The translations under genes were made by a program, and so were the position numbers. This document shows positions 1-9,302 of a stretch of 64,000 nucleotides of DNA, one piece after another. Position 1 is the stretch's first letter, and each line of letters opens with the position of its first letter. The DNA comes from Mogibacterium sp. (GTDB taxonomy: Bacteria > Bacillota > Clostridia > Peptostreptococcales > Anaerovoracaceae): positions 5,432 through 69,431 of the forward strand of contig DUVP01000031.1 of NCBI GenBank assembly GCA_012840975.1. The letters are read 5' to 3'. The notes under the pieces are model-generated. The model was not told the DNA's origin. It did not search any database and was given only the letters and a program-made list of their open reading frames with translations.

Positions 1-2
1 TT

Positions 3-1136
3 GCAAGCATACTTTATAAGGCAAAACCGTCTGAGCTTAAGCTGATAATGATTGATCCGAAAGTCGTTGAACTTGCTAATTATAACGGAATCCCTCATAT
101 GCTTACTCCGGTAGTTACGGATGCGAGAAAAGCATCCAGAGCTTTGGCGATAGCAGTCGAAGAAATGAATAAGAGATATGAGTTGTTTGCAGAGGCGGGT
201 GTTAAGGATCTGGAATCATATAACGACTTGATGAGAGCAAACCACGAACCTCAAAACTGCAAACCTCAGATTGTAATTATTATTGACGAATTGGCCGACC
301 TGATGATGGCAGCTCCATCAGAGGTTGAAAACTCTATATGTCGACTGGCGCAGAAAGCCAGAGCTGCAGGCATGCATATGATAGTTGCCACACAAAGACC
401 TTCAGTTGATGTTGTTACAGGCTTGATCAAGGCAAATATTCCTTCAAGAATAGCATTCAGCGTAGCATCGCAATTTGACTCAAGGACAATACTTGATATG
501 TCAGGAGCTGAGAAGCTTCTGGGGAAGGGAGACATGCTCTTTTCACCTGTAGGATCAAATAAACCGCTTAGGGTTCAGGGGCCGTTTATTTCCGATGCAG
601 AAACTTCAAGAATAGTAAGATTTGTTAAGAAAGAGGGCGGTGGACCGGATTATGATGATGAGCTTAAGAAGGCTATTGATAGTGACGGAAAAAAGGATCG
701 TTTAGAGCCTCAAGATGAACTGACAGATGATGCGATTGCATTCATACTTAAATCAAAGCAGGCATCGGTTTCAATGCTGCAGAGAAGGTTCAGAATCGGA
801 TATAACAGAGCGGCAAGAATAATTGATGAGATTGAAGAAAGAGGAATAATAGGTCCATCGGATGGATCAAGGCCAAGACAGGTTCTCATGACAGAAGATG
901 AATATTATGGAAAACTTGAGGAAGTTTTAGAAGAAAATATTGATGACCAGGAGACAGAATCTGTTCAAAGTATAGAAAATAGTTACGACGAAAAAAATGA
1001 GGGAAAGATAAAGAAACTTTCAAGGGACAGCGAAGCTGATAAAAATGCTATAGATTCATTCAACTCATTGCCGAAAAGTGTCCAGAGAATGATAATGGAT
1101 TCTAATGCTGAATATGTGAGTGATGAAGATTTATAA
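3..1136 (+). CDS. ftsK: DNA translocase FtsK/SpoIIIE, C-terminal part (5' end outside the window)
   Basis: The frame is open from base 3 ([20 protein letters not shown]...). Motor-domain motifs [11 protein letters not shown] and [16 protein letters not shown] are present. A winged-helix gamma domain ([31 protein letters not shown]) is followed by an acidic tail of about 80 aa. Confidence 0.93.
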   Translation, partial: ASILYKAKPSELKLIMIDPKVVELANYNGIPHMLTPVVTDARKASRALAIAVEEMNKRYELFAEAGVKDLESYNDLMRANHEPQNCKPQIVIIIDELADLMMAAPSEVENSICRLAQKARAAGMHMIVATQRPSVDVVTGLIKANIPSRIAFSVASQFDSRTILDMSGAEKLLGKGDMLFSPVGSNKPLRVQGPFISDAETSRIVRFVKKEGGGPDYDDELKKAIDSDGKKDRLEPQDELTDDAIAFILKSKQASVSMLQRRFRIGYNRAARIIDEIEERGIIGPSDGSRPRQVLMTEDEYYGKLEEVLEENIDDQETESVQSIENSYDEKNEGKIKKLSRDSEADKNAIDSFNSLPKSVQRMIMDSNAEYVSDEDL

Positions 1137-1142
1137 GAATTT

Positions 1143-2486
1143 ATGAAAAAAATATATATTGATACATTGGGATGCGAAAAGAACACATATGATTCACAGG
1201 TGCTGGCAGCCAAGCTTACAGAGCGTGGCTGCATTGTCGTTTCTGAACCAATAGTGGCAGATATTTATATAGTAAATACTTGTGGTTTTATTGACGATGC
1301 AAAGAAAGAATCTATCGAAAGAATTTTTGAATTAGCGGGAATCAAGGATATTGGAAAGAAACTAATTGTAACCGGATGTCTGTCTCAAAGATATCACAAA
1401 GAGCTTGTCAAGGAAATGCCGGAAGTAGATATGTTTTTCGGAGTTAATGAATATGAAACTGTTGCAGACTTTATCACGAAAGAAGATGCATTTTTTTCAA
1501 AGGAAGAAAGACAAAACAATATTACTGCAGACATGGTGAGCAACATAGAAGATCCTCTTGGATATAAAAGAAGATTATTTAGTGACGATGCATATTCAGG
1601 GGTTCTGAAAATTGCTGAGGGCTGCAATAACATGTGCAGCTTTTGTGCAATTCCAATGATTCGAGGAAGCTTTCGTTCTAAAAGAATGGAAGACTGTATC
1701 AGGGAAGCTGAAGATATGTCCAGGGCAGGAATTAAAGAACTTATTGTTATTGCTCAAGACACCTCACAATACGGAATTGATATCTACAATACTTTTATGC
1801 TGCCGGAGCTGTTAAAGAAATTGTGTCGCATTGAGGGTATAGAATGGATTAGACTTATGTATGTATATGATAATGGTATTACTGATGAGTTAATAGAGGT
1901 TATGGCCAGTGAAGATAAGATATGTAAATATATAGATATACCGATACAGCATATATCTGACAATGTTTTGCAAAGCATGGGAAGAAAATCTTCAGGAGAC
2001 TCAATAAGGGAAACAATAAGGAAACTCAGAAGCGGAGTTCCTGATATTCATATCAGAACAACTCTTCTTGTAGGTTTTCCGGGTGAAAAGGAAGAAGATA
2101 TCGAAGAACTAATCTATTTTCTTGAGACCTATAAAATAGATAGAGTGGGAGTTTTCGCATATTCTGATGAGGAAGGAACTTCTGCATTTAATATGGATGG
2201 AAAACTTGATGATTACACAAAACAGTCACGGAGAAATGCAGTTATGGAAGTTCAGATAAGTATAAGTGAGGAGCTTAATAAAAGAAAAATAGGCAGGATT
2301 TATGACGTAATTGTAGATGAGGTTCTTGATGGAAATGTCTATATTGGAAGAACGGAGTATGATGCACCGGATGTTGATTGTGAAGTAACCTTTTGGGGAA
2401 AGAGAGAGCATTCGCAAGGAGATATTGTTCGTGTAATGATAAATAATGCATATGAATATGATATTGAAGGGGAGGAGATATTATGA
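1143..2486 (+). CDS. rimO: Ribosomal protein S12 methylthiotransferase RimO (MiaB-family radical SAM enzyme with TRAM domain)
   Basis: N-terminal UPF0004 motif (IDTLGCEKNTYDSQ), radical-SAM CxxxCxxC (CNNMCSFCAIP), VGFPGEKEEDIEEL and a C-terminal TRAM-like end. The ftsK-rimO-pgsA-cinA-recA order is typical of Clostridia. Confidence 0.85.
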   Translation: MKKIYIDTLGCEKNTYDSQVLAAKLTERGCIVVSEPIVADIYIVNTCGFIDDAKKESIERIFELAGIKDIGKKLIVTGCLSQRYHKELVKEMPEVDMFFGVNEYETVADFITKEDAFFSKEERQNNITADMVSNIEDPLGYKRRLFSDDAYSGVLKIAEGCNNMCSFCAIPMIRGSFRSKRMEDCIREAEDMSRAGIKELIVIAQDTSQYGIDIYNTFMLPELLKKLCRIEGIEWIRLMYVYDNGITDELIEVMASEDKICKYIDIPIQHISDNVLQSMGRKSSGDSIRETIRKLRSGVPDIHIRTTLLVGFPGEKEEDIEELIYFLETYKIDRVGVFAYSDEEGTSAFNMDGKLDDYTKQSRRNAVMEVQISISEELNKRKIGRIYDVIVDEVLDGNVYIGRTEYDAPDVDCEVTFWGKREHSQGDIVRVMINNAYEYDIEGEEIL

Positions 2487-3013
2487 ATTTACCAAATAAA
2501 TTAACTTTGTTGAGAGTTTTTATGGTACCGGTTTTTATAATAACTTTTATGATGGGATATTATTTTACTGCACTTGCAATTTTTGCTTTGGCATCGTTAA
2601 CAGATTATTTTGACGGCAAAATTGCAAGAGAGAGAAATCTTATCACAAATTTTGGTAAAATAATGGATCCTCTAGCTGATAAAATACTTGTCTATTCAGC
2701 ACTGTGTTTATTTATTGATGTGAAAGTTATTGACGGATGGATGCTGATTATTATTCTTGCAAGGGAATTCATCGTCGCCGGGATGCGAACTGTTGCTGCT
2801 TCCGAAGGGCGTGTTCTGGCAGCCGGCTTGAGTGGGAAAATCAAAACAGTTTTACAGATGTTTGCTGTAATAATACTTTTGCTTGGATTGGGATTACATA
2901 ATATCCCTCTAATTACCACTATTGGAAATCTTTTTTTCCTGGCAGCGATTATAATGACTGTATATTCCGGAGTAGAGTACGTATATAAGAACAAAGATAT
3001 ATTCTCTATGTAG
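2483..3013 (+). CDS. pgsA: CDP-diacylglycerol--glycerol-3-phosphate 3-phosphatidyltransferase
   Basis: CDP-alcohol phosphatidyltransferase motif DYFDGKIAR...G...DPLADK in a polytopic membrane protein. The start overlaps the rimO stop by 4 nt. Confidence 0.92.
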   Translation: MNLPNKLTLLRVFMVPVFIITFMMGYYFTALAIFALASLTDYFDGKIARERNLITNFGKIMDPLADKILVYSALCLFIDVKVIDGWMLIIILAREFIVAGMRTVAASEGRVLAAGLSGKIKTVLQMFAVIILLLGLGLHNIPLITTIGNLFFLAAIIMTVYSGVEYVYKNKDIFSM

Positions 3014-3066
3014 TATACAATAATATATTATTGTACATATTATAGCATAAGAAAGGTTTTAAAATT

Positions 3067-4308
3067 ATGAGAGTCTCTATTATTGCGGTAGGAACGGAGC
3101 TTTTATTCGGTCAGACTGTTAACACAAATGCAGCATACCTATCTGAACAGCTCAATCTTATGGGCTTTGATGTTATGTATCATTTTGTTGTTGGTGATAA
3201 TCCAAAGAGACTTAAAGAGAAACTTATAGATGCATTTCAGGATACCAATATTGCTCTTCTTACCGGAGGTCTCGGGCCTACTCAGGATGACATCACAAAG
3301 GAAGTTGTGGCAGAATACATGGGTACAGACATGTATTTAAATGAAGATGTCAGGTATGATTTAGTCGATTTTTTTAATAAGCGCGGTAAAGAAATGACAG
3401 AAAATAATTTAAAACAAGCATATTTACCTGTAGGATCCACTCCGTTTTATAATGCTACAGGTACTGCACCGGGCTTTGCACTTGAGAAGAATGGAAAAAT
3501 CGCCATATGTTTTCCCGGACCGCCGGTAGAAATGAGATGGCTTTTTGAAAATGGAGCTAGACAATATCTTGAAGATTATGTTGATAAAAAAATGTATTAC
3601 CGGGTAATCAGAACGATAGGAATTGGTGAATCCGATCTTGAAACGCTCTTACTTCCTGTTATTGACGGTCAAACCGACCCGACAATAGCTACATATGCAA
3701 AAGAAGGAGAATGTGCCCTTAGAGTGGCGTCTCAACGTCACAGTATAAATGAAGCAAAGGCGGCTGTTCTAGAGACCCTGAAAGAAATAGACGATATTAT
3801 AGGAAAATATATTTACAGCTATGATGATAAGGACCTTAATGATGTTGTCGTGAACCTTCTCAAAGAAAAAAATCTTAAACTTTCTGCGGCAGAGTCATGT
3901 ACAGGAGGGATGTTTGCCTCATCAGTTACGGATATTCCCGGAGCTTCTGAAGTATTTATTTTATCGTATGTGACATATACTGCTAATTCTAAAATAAAAA
4001 ATTTAGGTGTAAGGGCATCTAATATTGAAAAGAACGGAGTTGTAAGTCCTGAAGTAGCAATAGACATGGCATTGTGTGCAAGAGAAAAGTCAGGATCTGA
4101 TATATCAATATCAATAACCGGGTATGCCGGTCCGGAAGCAGATACAGGTTATAGTGCAGGGGAGGCATATATAGGATATGTATATGGTGGTATTCAAGGA
4201 TATCTGAAAGTAAATACATCAAGAAACCTGCGTGAATGGAACAGAAAATATTTTGTATTAATGATGCTAAAAACAATATATCTTTTAATAACTGATAAGA
4301 TGGAGTAA
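3067..4308 (+). CDS. cinA: Competence/damage-inducible protein CinA (MoCF-binding domain plus nicotinamide-nucleotide amidase PncC domain)
   Basis: MRVSIIAVGTELLFGQTVNTNAAYLS and LLTGGLGPTQDDITKE at the N-terminus. The C-terminal CinA domain has AESCTGGMFAS. It sits directly upstream of recA. Confidence 0.92.
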   Translation: MRVSIIAVGTELLFGQTVNTNAAYLSEQLNLMGFDVMYHFVVGDNPKRLKEKLIDAFQDTNIALLTGGLGPTQDDITKEVVAEYMGTDMYLNEDVRYDLVDFFNKRGKEMTENNLKQAYLPVGSTPFYNATGTAPGFALEKNGKIAICFPGPPVEMRWLFENGARQYLEDYVDKKMYYRVIRTIGIGESDLETLLLPVIDGQTDPTIATYAKEGECALRVASQRHSINEAKAAVLETLKEIDDIIGKYIYSYDDKDLNDVVVNLLKEKNLKLSAAESCTGGMFASSVTDIPGASEVFILSYVTYTANSKIKNLGVRASNIEKNGVVSPEVAIDMALCAREKSGSDISISITGYAGPEADTGYSAGEAYIGYVYGGIQGYLKVNTSRNLREWNRKYFVLMMLKTIYLLITDKME

Positions 4309-4406
4309 TAAACGTCGAAAAACATTCATTGCCCGTTAGACAGTGGTTATTTTCGATATTATAATTTTAATTAGGATATCTTGATATTGACATAGTAAAA
4401 TATCAC

Positions 4407-4455
4407 TTGACAAACAATTGACTAAAAAGTATTATAATAACAGAACAGATGTTCG
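4407..4455 (+). promoter_or_regulatory. recA promoter (TTGACA-17 nt-TATTAT) followed by a LexA (Cheo) box AGAACAGATGTTCG
   Basis: TTGACA at 4407-4412 and TATTAT at 4430-4435. GAAC-N4-GTTC at 4442-4455 matches the Gram-positive SOS-box consensus CGAACnnnnGTTCG. It lies 18 nt upstream of the recA ATG region. Confidence 0.7.
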
Positions 4456-4473
4456 AATTTACAGGGAGGCAAT

Positions 4474-5529
4474 ATGGCAACAAATAATATAGGAAATGAA
4501 GCAAAAGAAAAGGCTTTACAACAGGCTTTAGATCAGATACAGAAACAGTATGGCAAGGGAGCTATCATGAAACTCGGAGATGGTAATCTTGCAGGAAACA
4601 TAGATGTAATATCAACGGGTTCTTTAAGCCTTGATATCGCAACAGGTGTTGGCGGATATCCTAAAGGTAGAATTATCGAAATATTCGGACCTGAATCTTC
4701 CGGGAAGACTACATTAACTTTACATGCAATAGCAGAAGCACAGAAAGCAGGAGGGCAGGCGGCTTTTATTGATGCTGAACATGCTCTTGATCCTGTTTAT
4801 GCGAAGAATTTAGGAGTTAATATAGATGAACTTTTGGTTTCGCAGCCTGATACGGGCGAGCAGGCTCTTGAAATTTGCGAAATGCTTGCAAGAAGTGGAG
4901 CCTTGGATATTATCGTTATAGACTCTGTTGCAGCTCTTGTGCCCAGAGCTGAAATTCAGGGTGAGATGGGAGATTCACATATGGGTCTCCAGGCAAGACT
5001 TATGTCACAGGCATTGAGAAAGATAGCCGGAGCAGTTAATAAATCTAATACGTGTGTTATATTTATAAACCAGCTTAGAGAGAAGATAGGCATTATGTTC
5101 GGAAATCCTGAAACTACAACAGGCGGGAGGGCTCTTAAATTTTATGCTTCTATGAGACTTGATGTACGTAAAATAGAAACAATAAAAAAAGGTGAAGAAA
5201 CATTCGGCAATAGAACCAGAGTTAAGGTTGTTAAGAATAAGGTAGCACCCCCTTTCAGAAAAGCTGAATTTGACATAATGTACGGAACAGGAATATCCTT
5301 GGCCGGAGATATTTTAGATACAGGTGTTGACCTTAATATTATAGATAAAGCCGGGTCCTGGTATAGTTATGACGGAGAAAGAATCGGACAGGGGAGAGAG
5401 AATGTAAAGACATATCTAGAACAGAATTTACAGATTCTGGAAGATATTAAAGAAAAAATAAACGACCAATTTAATAAAAAGAATAATGATATTAAGGTTG
5501 ATGCCGATGGAGTTGTAATAGAAGATTAA
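4474..5529 (+). CDS. recA: Recombinase RecA
   Basis: Near-canonical RecA sequence: Walker [21 protein letters not shown] and [17 protein letters not shown] upstream. Confidence 0.99.
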   Translation: MATNNIGNEAKEKALQQALDQIQKQYGKGAIMKLGDGNLAGNIDVISTGSLSLDIATGVGGYPKGRIIEIFGPESSGKTTLTLHAIAEAQKAGGQAAFIDAEHALDPVYAKNLGVNIDELLVSQPDTGEQALEICEMLARSGALDIIVIDSVAALVPRAEIQGEMGDSHMGLQARLMSQALRKIAGAVNKSNTCVIFINQLREKIGIMFGNPETTTGGRALKFYASMRLDVRKIETIKKGEETFGNRTRVKVVKNKVAPPFRKAEFDIMYGTGISLAGDILDTGVDLNIIDKAGSWYSYDGERIGQGRENVKTYLEQNLQILEDIKEKINDQFNKKNNDIKVDADGVVIED

Positions 5530-5542
5530 TGATAAATCAAAA

Positions 5543-5577
5543 AGTCTTATCACTATGACGTTGATAAGACTTTTTTA
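5543..5577 (+). terminator. Rho-independent terminator after recA
   Basis: 10-bp stem AGTCTTATCA/TGATAAGACT with a 9-nt loop, followed by TTTTTT. Confidence 0.8.
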
Positions 5578-5658
5578 ATAGAAGCATTTTTATTGAAGCT
5601 TTTTTATTTTCATGATAAAGTTATTAAAGAGCTAGATCTTAAGAAAAGGTAAATAGTT

Positions 5659-6177
5659 ATGAATAATAAAATAAAAAAAAGCATGGAGAGAGCGGTTAAT
5701 GTGCTTGAATTTGCAATAGCTCTTATCATTCTAATTGGGATAGCCGTCGGACTTTTTGATCTTGTTAAATATTTCGTTTTGATTATCAAAACTCCTCCTA
5801 TAGAGACATACGATATATTTCACACTTTTTTGGGTCACTGTCTTCTTCTGCTGGTTGGAGCCGAATTTATCTATATGATAATTCATCACTCAACAAAGTC
5901 ATTGCTTGAACTTATATTATATGTAATTGCCAGGAAGATGTTAATATACTCTCACTCAATGACTGACCTTGTGTTTGGCACTGTATCATTGGCCTTTGTA
6001 TTTATAATAATAAGGTACTTGATACCTAAAGAAAATACAAAAGTTTTCACTCCAAAAGACAGAGAATTTTCAATAAGTTTATTTAAGAAAATATTCAAAA
6101 AGGAAAATAAAAATACGAATATTGGAGATGTTAAAGAAAATAATCCTGAGGATCCAGAAAAACAAATTACAGGATAA
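5659..6177 (+). CDS. Small polytopic membrane protein, PsiE-like (phosphate-starvation-inducible E family), with a charged C-terminal tail
   Basis: Four predicted TM helices. The motif LLLLVGAEFIYMI...LILYVIARKMLI resembles the PsiE family signature. The family call is from memory only. Confidence 0.45.
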   Translation: MNNKIKKSMERAVNVLEFAIALIILIGIAVGLFDLVKYFVLIIKTPPIETYDIFHTFLGHCLLLLVGAEFIYMIIHHSTKSLLELILYVIARKMLIYSHSMTDLVFGTVSLAFVFIIIRYLIPKENTKVFTPKDREFSISLFKKIFKKENKNTNIGDVKENNPEDPEKQITG

Positions 6178-6196
6178 GTAATATTATTTTCATATC

Positions 6197-6226
6197 TTGA
6201 CATATGCATGATACATATGGTAAACT
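6197..6226 (+). promoter_or_regulatory. Sigma-A type promoter of the rplU-rpmA(-obg) operon
   Basis: TTGACA (6197-6202), 18-nt spacer, TAAACT (6221-6226). Confidence 0.55.
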
Positions 6227-6300
6227 CTTTTTCGGTTAACCGCCCGAAGCGGGTTTTTAAGCATAGCACCTAGCATCGGCGAGTCTGGTTTGAGGAGGAG
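6227..6300 (+). promoter_or_regulatory. Candidate L21 ribosomal-protein leader (autoregulatory 5' UTR)
   Basis: About 80-nt leader between the promoter and the rplU RBS. It contains the hairpin CCGC-CCGAA-GCGG followed by TTTTT. Position and size fit the Firmicutes L21 leader. No covariance model was run. Confidence 0.45.
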
Positions 6301-6309
6301 ATTTTTATT

Positions 6310-6789
6310 ATGTATGCAATTATTCAGACAGGTGGTAAGCAGTACAAAGTACAGAAAGATGACGAGTTTAGAGTAGAGAAACTTGATGCACAAGTTGGAG
6401 ACAAAGTTGTGTTTGATGAAGTTGTAGCTATAGGAGGAGACAGCCTTATCGTTGGAAAGCCATTTGTAGAGGGCTTTTCAGTGTCCGCAGAGGTAGTTGA
6501 ACAAGGTAAAGCTGACAAGGTAATAATCTACAAGTACTTAGCTAAGAAAAATCACAGAAAAAAACAAGGTCATAGACAGCCATATACGTTGGTTAAGATT
6601 ACTGAAATCGGAGAAACAGGTAAAAAAACAGAAAAAAGCGCTTCTAAAGTAGAGAAGTCGACTAAAGAAGTGAAGGCAAATATATCAATGAAGAAGGATG
6701 AACTTCTTTCAATAGCTAAAGAAATGGGCATCGAGGTATCATCAAAGGCTACTAAGGCCGACATCCTCGCAGCAATTGAAGCAAAGTAA
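6310..6789 (+). CDS. rplU: 50S ribosomal protein L21 with an extra C-terminal domain of about 55 aa (HeH/Rho_N-like)
   Basis: MYAIIQTGGKQYKVQKDD...GHRQPYTLVKITEI is canonical L21 (about 103 aa). It continues with a Lys-rich linker and KKDELLSIAKEMGIEVSSKATKADILAAIEAK. Confidence 0.95.
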   Translation: MYAIIQTGGKQYKVQKDDEFRVEKLDAQVGDKVVFDEVVAIGGDSLIVGKPFVEGFSVSAEVVEQGKADKVIIYKYLAKKNHRKKQGHRQPYTLVKITEIGETGKKTEKSASKVEKSTKEVKANISMKKDELLSIAKEMGIEVSSKATKADILAAIEAK

Positions 6790-6813
6790 TAATGGAAGAG
6801 GAGGTATTATTCG

Positions 6814-7074
6814 ATGGCAAGTAAAAAAGGAGTAGGTAGTTCCAAGAACGGTCGCGATTCGGAAGCGAAACGACTTGGACTAAAAGTAGGTGCTGGTGAA
6901 TTTGTAAGTGCTGGAAGTATTATAATGAGACAGAGAGGAACCAAGATTCACCCGGGAAACAATGTTGGAAAGGGTGGAGATGATACTCTCTTCGCAAAGA
7001 TTGACGGTAACGTTAAATTTGAAAGATATGATAAGAAAAGAAAGAAAGTCAGCGTTTACGAGAAAGAAGCATAG
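6814..7074 (+). CDS. rpmA: 50S ribosomal protein L27 (no N-terminal propeptide)
   Basis: [24 protein letters not shown]...[17 protein letters not shown]. It starts directly at the mature-type N-terminus. Confidence 0.98.
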   Translation: MASKKGVGSSKNGRDSEAKRLGLKVGAGEFVSAGSIIMRQRGTKIHPGNNVGKGGDDTLFAKIDGNVKFERYDKKRKKVSVYEKEA

Positions 7075-7080
7075 AATGAG

Positions 7081-7105
7081 AGCCCCTACAATGTAGGGGC
7101 TTTTC
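7081..7105 (+). terminator. Intrinsic terminator/attenuator between rpmA and obg
   Basis: AGCCCCTAC-AAT-GTAGGGGCT followed by TTTTCTT. obg starts only 15 nt later, so termination is probably partial. Confidence 0.7.
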
Positions 7106-7119
7106 TTACGGAGAAAAAG

Positions 7120-8403
7120 ATGTTTGTAGACATAGCAGAGATTAAAATTATCTCAGGTAAAGGTGGAGATGGAGCTGCCACATTTAGAAGAGAAGCATTT
7201 GTTCCGGATGGAGGTCCGGATGGAGGAGACGGAGGCAACGGGGGAGACATTATTTTTGTTGCTGATAATAATCTGAGAACCTTGATGGATTTTAAATATC
7301 ATAGAAAATATAAGGCAGAGAACGGCCAGAACGGAATGAAGAGAAAAAAATTCGGGAAAAAGGGTCGGGATTTATATATTAGAGTACCCGTAGGAACTAT
7401 GATAATTGATAAAGAAACAGGTCTTCTTATGAAAGATCTTTCTCATAATGATGATACCTTTATCGCAGCTAAAGGGGGCAAAGGCGGAAAAGGCAATGTT
7501 CGTTTCAAAAGCAGTATCAGACAGGCACCAAACTTTGCGGAAGCCGGAGAAGAGGGAAAAGAAAGACAGGTTATTTTAGAGCTGAAACTGATAGCAGATG
7601 TAGGACTTCTGGGCTTTCCCAATGTCGGAAAATCGACACTTTTATCGGTATGTACGGGTGCAAAACCCAAAATAGCCGAATATCATTTCACAACCATAGA
7701 TCCTAATCTTGGTGTCGTAGAAATTCATGATACAAGTTTTGTATTGGCCGATATCGCAGGGATTATTGAGGGAGCATCTGAAGGAGCCGGATTGGGATTA
7801 AAATTTCTAAAACATATAGAAAGAACAAAAGTCTTAATTCATGTCATCGATGTTTCCGCTTCAGAAGGTAGAAATCCAATTGAAGACTATAAAATGATAA
7901 ATAATGAACTTTTAAAATATAACCCTAAGTTAATGAAGAAACCTCAGATAATTGCAGCTAATAAAATGGATATAGTAACAGATACAGAACCGGTTACTGA
8001 ATTTACTGAATTTATGAAGAAAGAAGGTAGAGAGGTATTCTTTATCAGTGCAGCCACTAATCAGGGAATCAAAGAATTAATGGAATATACTCTTTACATG
8101 CTGGAAACATATGTAGAACCTGAGGAAGATCCTATAGAAATGTTTGACTTCGAATCAGAAGAATCGTATGAAGACTATAAAAAAATTAATGGATATCTTG
8201 ATTCTGACGGTATATATGTGCTTGAAGGAAAACAATTAAGCAAGATATTTAAATCTACAAATTTTGATGATGGAAGTTCATTCAGATACTTATATAATTA
8301 CATAGTTAAACAGGGAGGAATAAAAACACTCCGGTCTTTAGGATTAAAGGATGGTGATACCGTGAAAATTGAAGATTTCGAATTTGAATATACTGAGGAT
8401 TAA
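7120..8403 (+). CDS. obg: GTPase Obg/CgtA
   Basis: Glycine-rich Obg fold (GGDGGNGGDIIF), G1 motif GFPNVGKST, G3 motif DIAGIIEGA, NKMD, and a C-terminal OCT/TGS-like domain. Confidence 0.97.
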   Translation: MFVDIAEIKIISGKGGDGAATFRREAFVPDGGPDGGDGGNGGDIIFVADNNLRTLMDFKYHRKYKAENGQNGMKRKKFGKKGRDLYIRVPVGTMIIDKETGLLMKDLSHNDDTFIAAKGGKGGKGNVRFKSSIRQAPNFAEAGEEGKERQVILELKLIADVGLLGFPNVGKSTLLSVCTGAKPKIAEYHFTTIDPNLGVVEIHDTSFVLADIAGIIEGASEGAGLGLKFLKHIERTKVLIHVIDVSASEGRNPIEDYKMINNELLKYNPKLMKKPQIIAANKMDIVTDTEPVTEFTEFMKKEGREVFFISAATNQGIKELMEYTLYMLETYVEPEEDPIEMFDFESEESYEDYKKINGYLDSDGIYVLEGKQLSKIFKSTNFDDGSSFRYLYNYIVKQGGIKTLRSLGLKDGDTVKIEDFEFEYTED

Positions 8404-8484
8404 AACAGAGTTTGTGTTATATTAACTAGTTGAATATACCCCAGTAACCCGTCTTTTTTAAACATTCCGGGCATATTATTATAC

Positions 8485-8554
8485 ATTTCCTAAATGATGA
8501 GATGTTAAAGTGATGCATTATTGCTTGAATTCTGTCGTTTAGGAATTTTTTTTT
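8485..8554 (+). terminator. Long hairpin plus T9 tract downstream of obg (terminator-like)
   Basis: ATTTCCTAAA (8485-8494) pairs with TTTAGGAAT (8538-8546) and is followed by nine T. The loop is unusually large, about 43 nt. Confidence 0.45.
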
Positions 8555-8650
8555 GCATAATTTTAGATATTTTTTGAAGAACTGTAATTTTTCACAAAGA
8601 AAAAGAAAAAACAGTATACTTGCAATAATAACTGTTTGGGGAGGAATATT

Positions 8651-9286
8651 ATGGGGAGGGACATCTTAAGAAGAGCTAAGTTTAATATTAGGAAAATATT
8701 TGATAACAAGAAGATAATGTATAAATTTCTTCTTATAATGATCATCCTTATTTGTGCTCTTATCGTTAGAGGAAAAAACTCATCTTCAAAGGAGGTGAAG
8801 GTTAATGTAAGTGAAACTGGTCTGACAAGACGTGAAATGTATGTTGATATAGGAGGAGCCGTCAACAAACCGGGTGTATATCAGGTCAAAGAAGAAACAC
8901 GGCTATATGAGGTTGTCAATATGGCTGGAGGTTTTAAAGAAAATGCGGATTTGGATACAATAAACCAAGCTGCCTTTGTAGAAGATGGAGAGAAAATAAT
9001 TATTCCGACTATATTAAATAATGATTGCGAGTTGAATGATGCTTCAGATAAAACGGAAAATATCACAAAATCCAGTAAGAAGATTTCTCCATTAAACGCT
9101 AAAGTTAATATTAATTCTGCTTCAAAAGAAGAATTAGAATCACTTAACGGAATTGGATCTGTAATTGCACAGCGAATTATAGACCATCGCAGCCTTTCAA
9201 GATTTGAGAGTATTGAAGACATAATGTCAGTTAAAGGGATAGGCATTGCTACATTTGAAAAAATAAAAAACTCAATCACCGTTTAG
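8651..9286 (+). CDS. comEA: ComEA-family DNA receptor (TM anchor, SLBB domain, C-terminal helix-hairpin-helix pair)
   Basis: YVDIGGAVNKPGVYQV...IIIP (SLBB) and VNINSASKEELESLNGIGSVIAQRIIDHR (HhH). ATG 8651 follows RBS GGGGAGG. The TTG at 8636 in the ORF track is less likely. Confidence 0.85.
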   Translation: MGRDILRRAKFNIRKIFDNKKIMYKFLLIMIILICALIVRGKNSSSKEVKVNVSETGLTRREMYVDIGGAVNKPGVYQVKEETRLYEVVNMAGGFKENADLDTINQAAFVEDGEKIIIPTILNNDCELNDASDKTENITKSSKKISPLNAKVNINSASKEELESLNGIGSVIAQRIIDHRSLSRFESIEDIMSVKGIGIATFEKIKNSITV

Positions 9287-9302
9287 CAAGGAGGTGAGGT
9301 TG

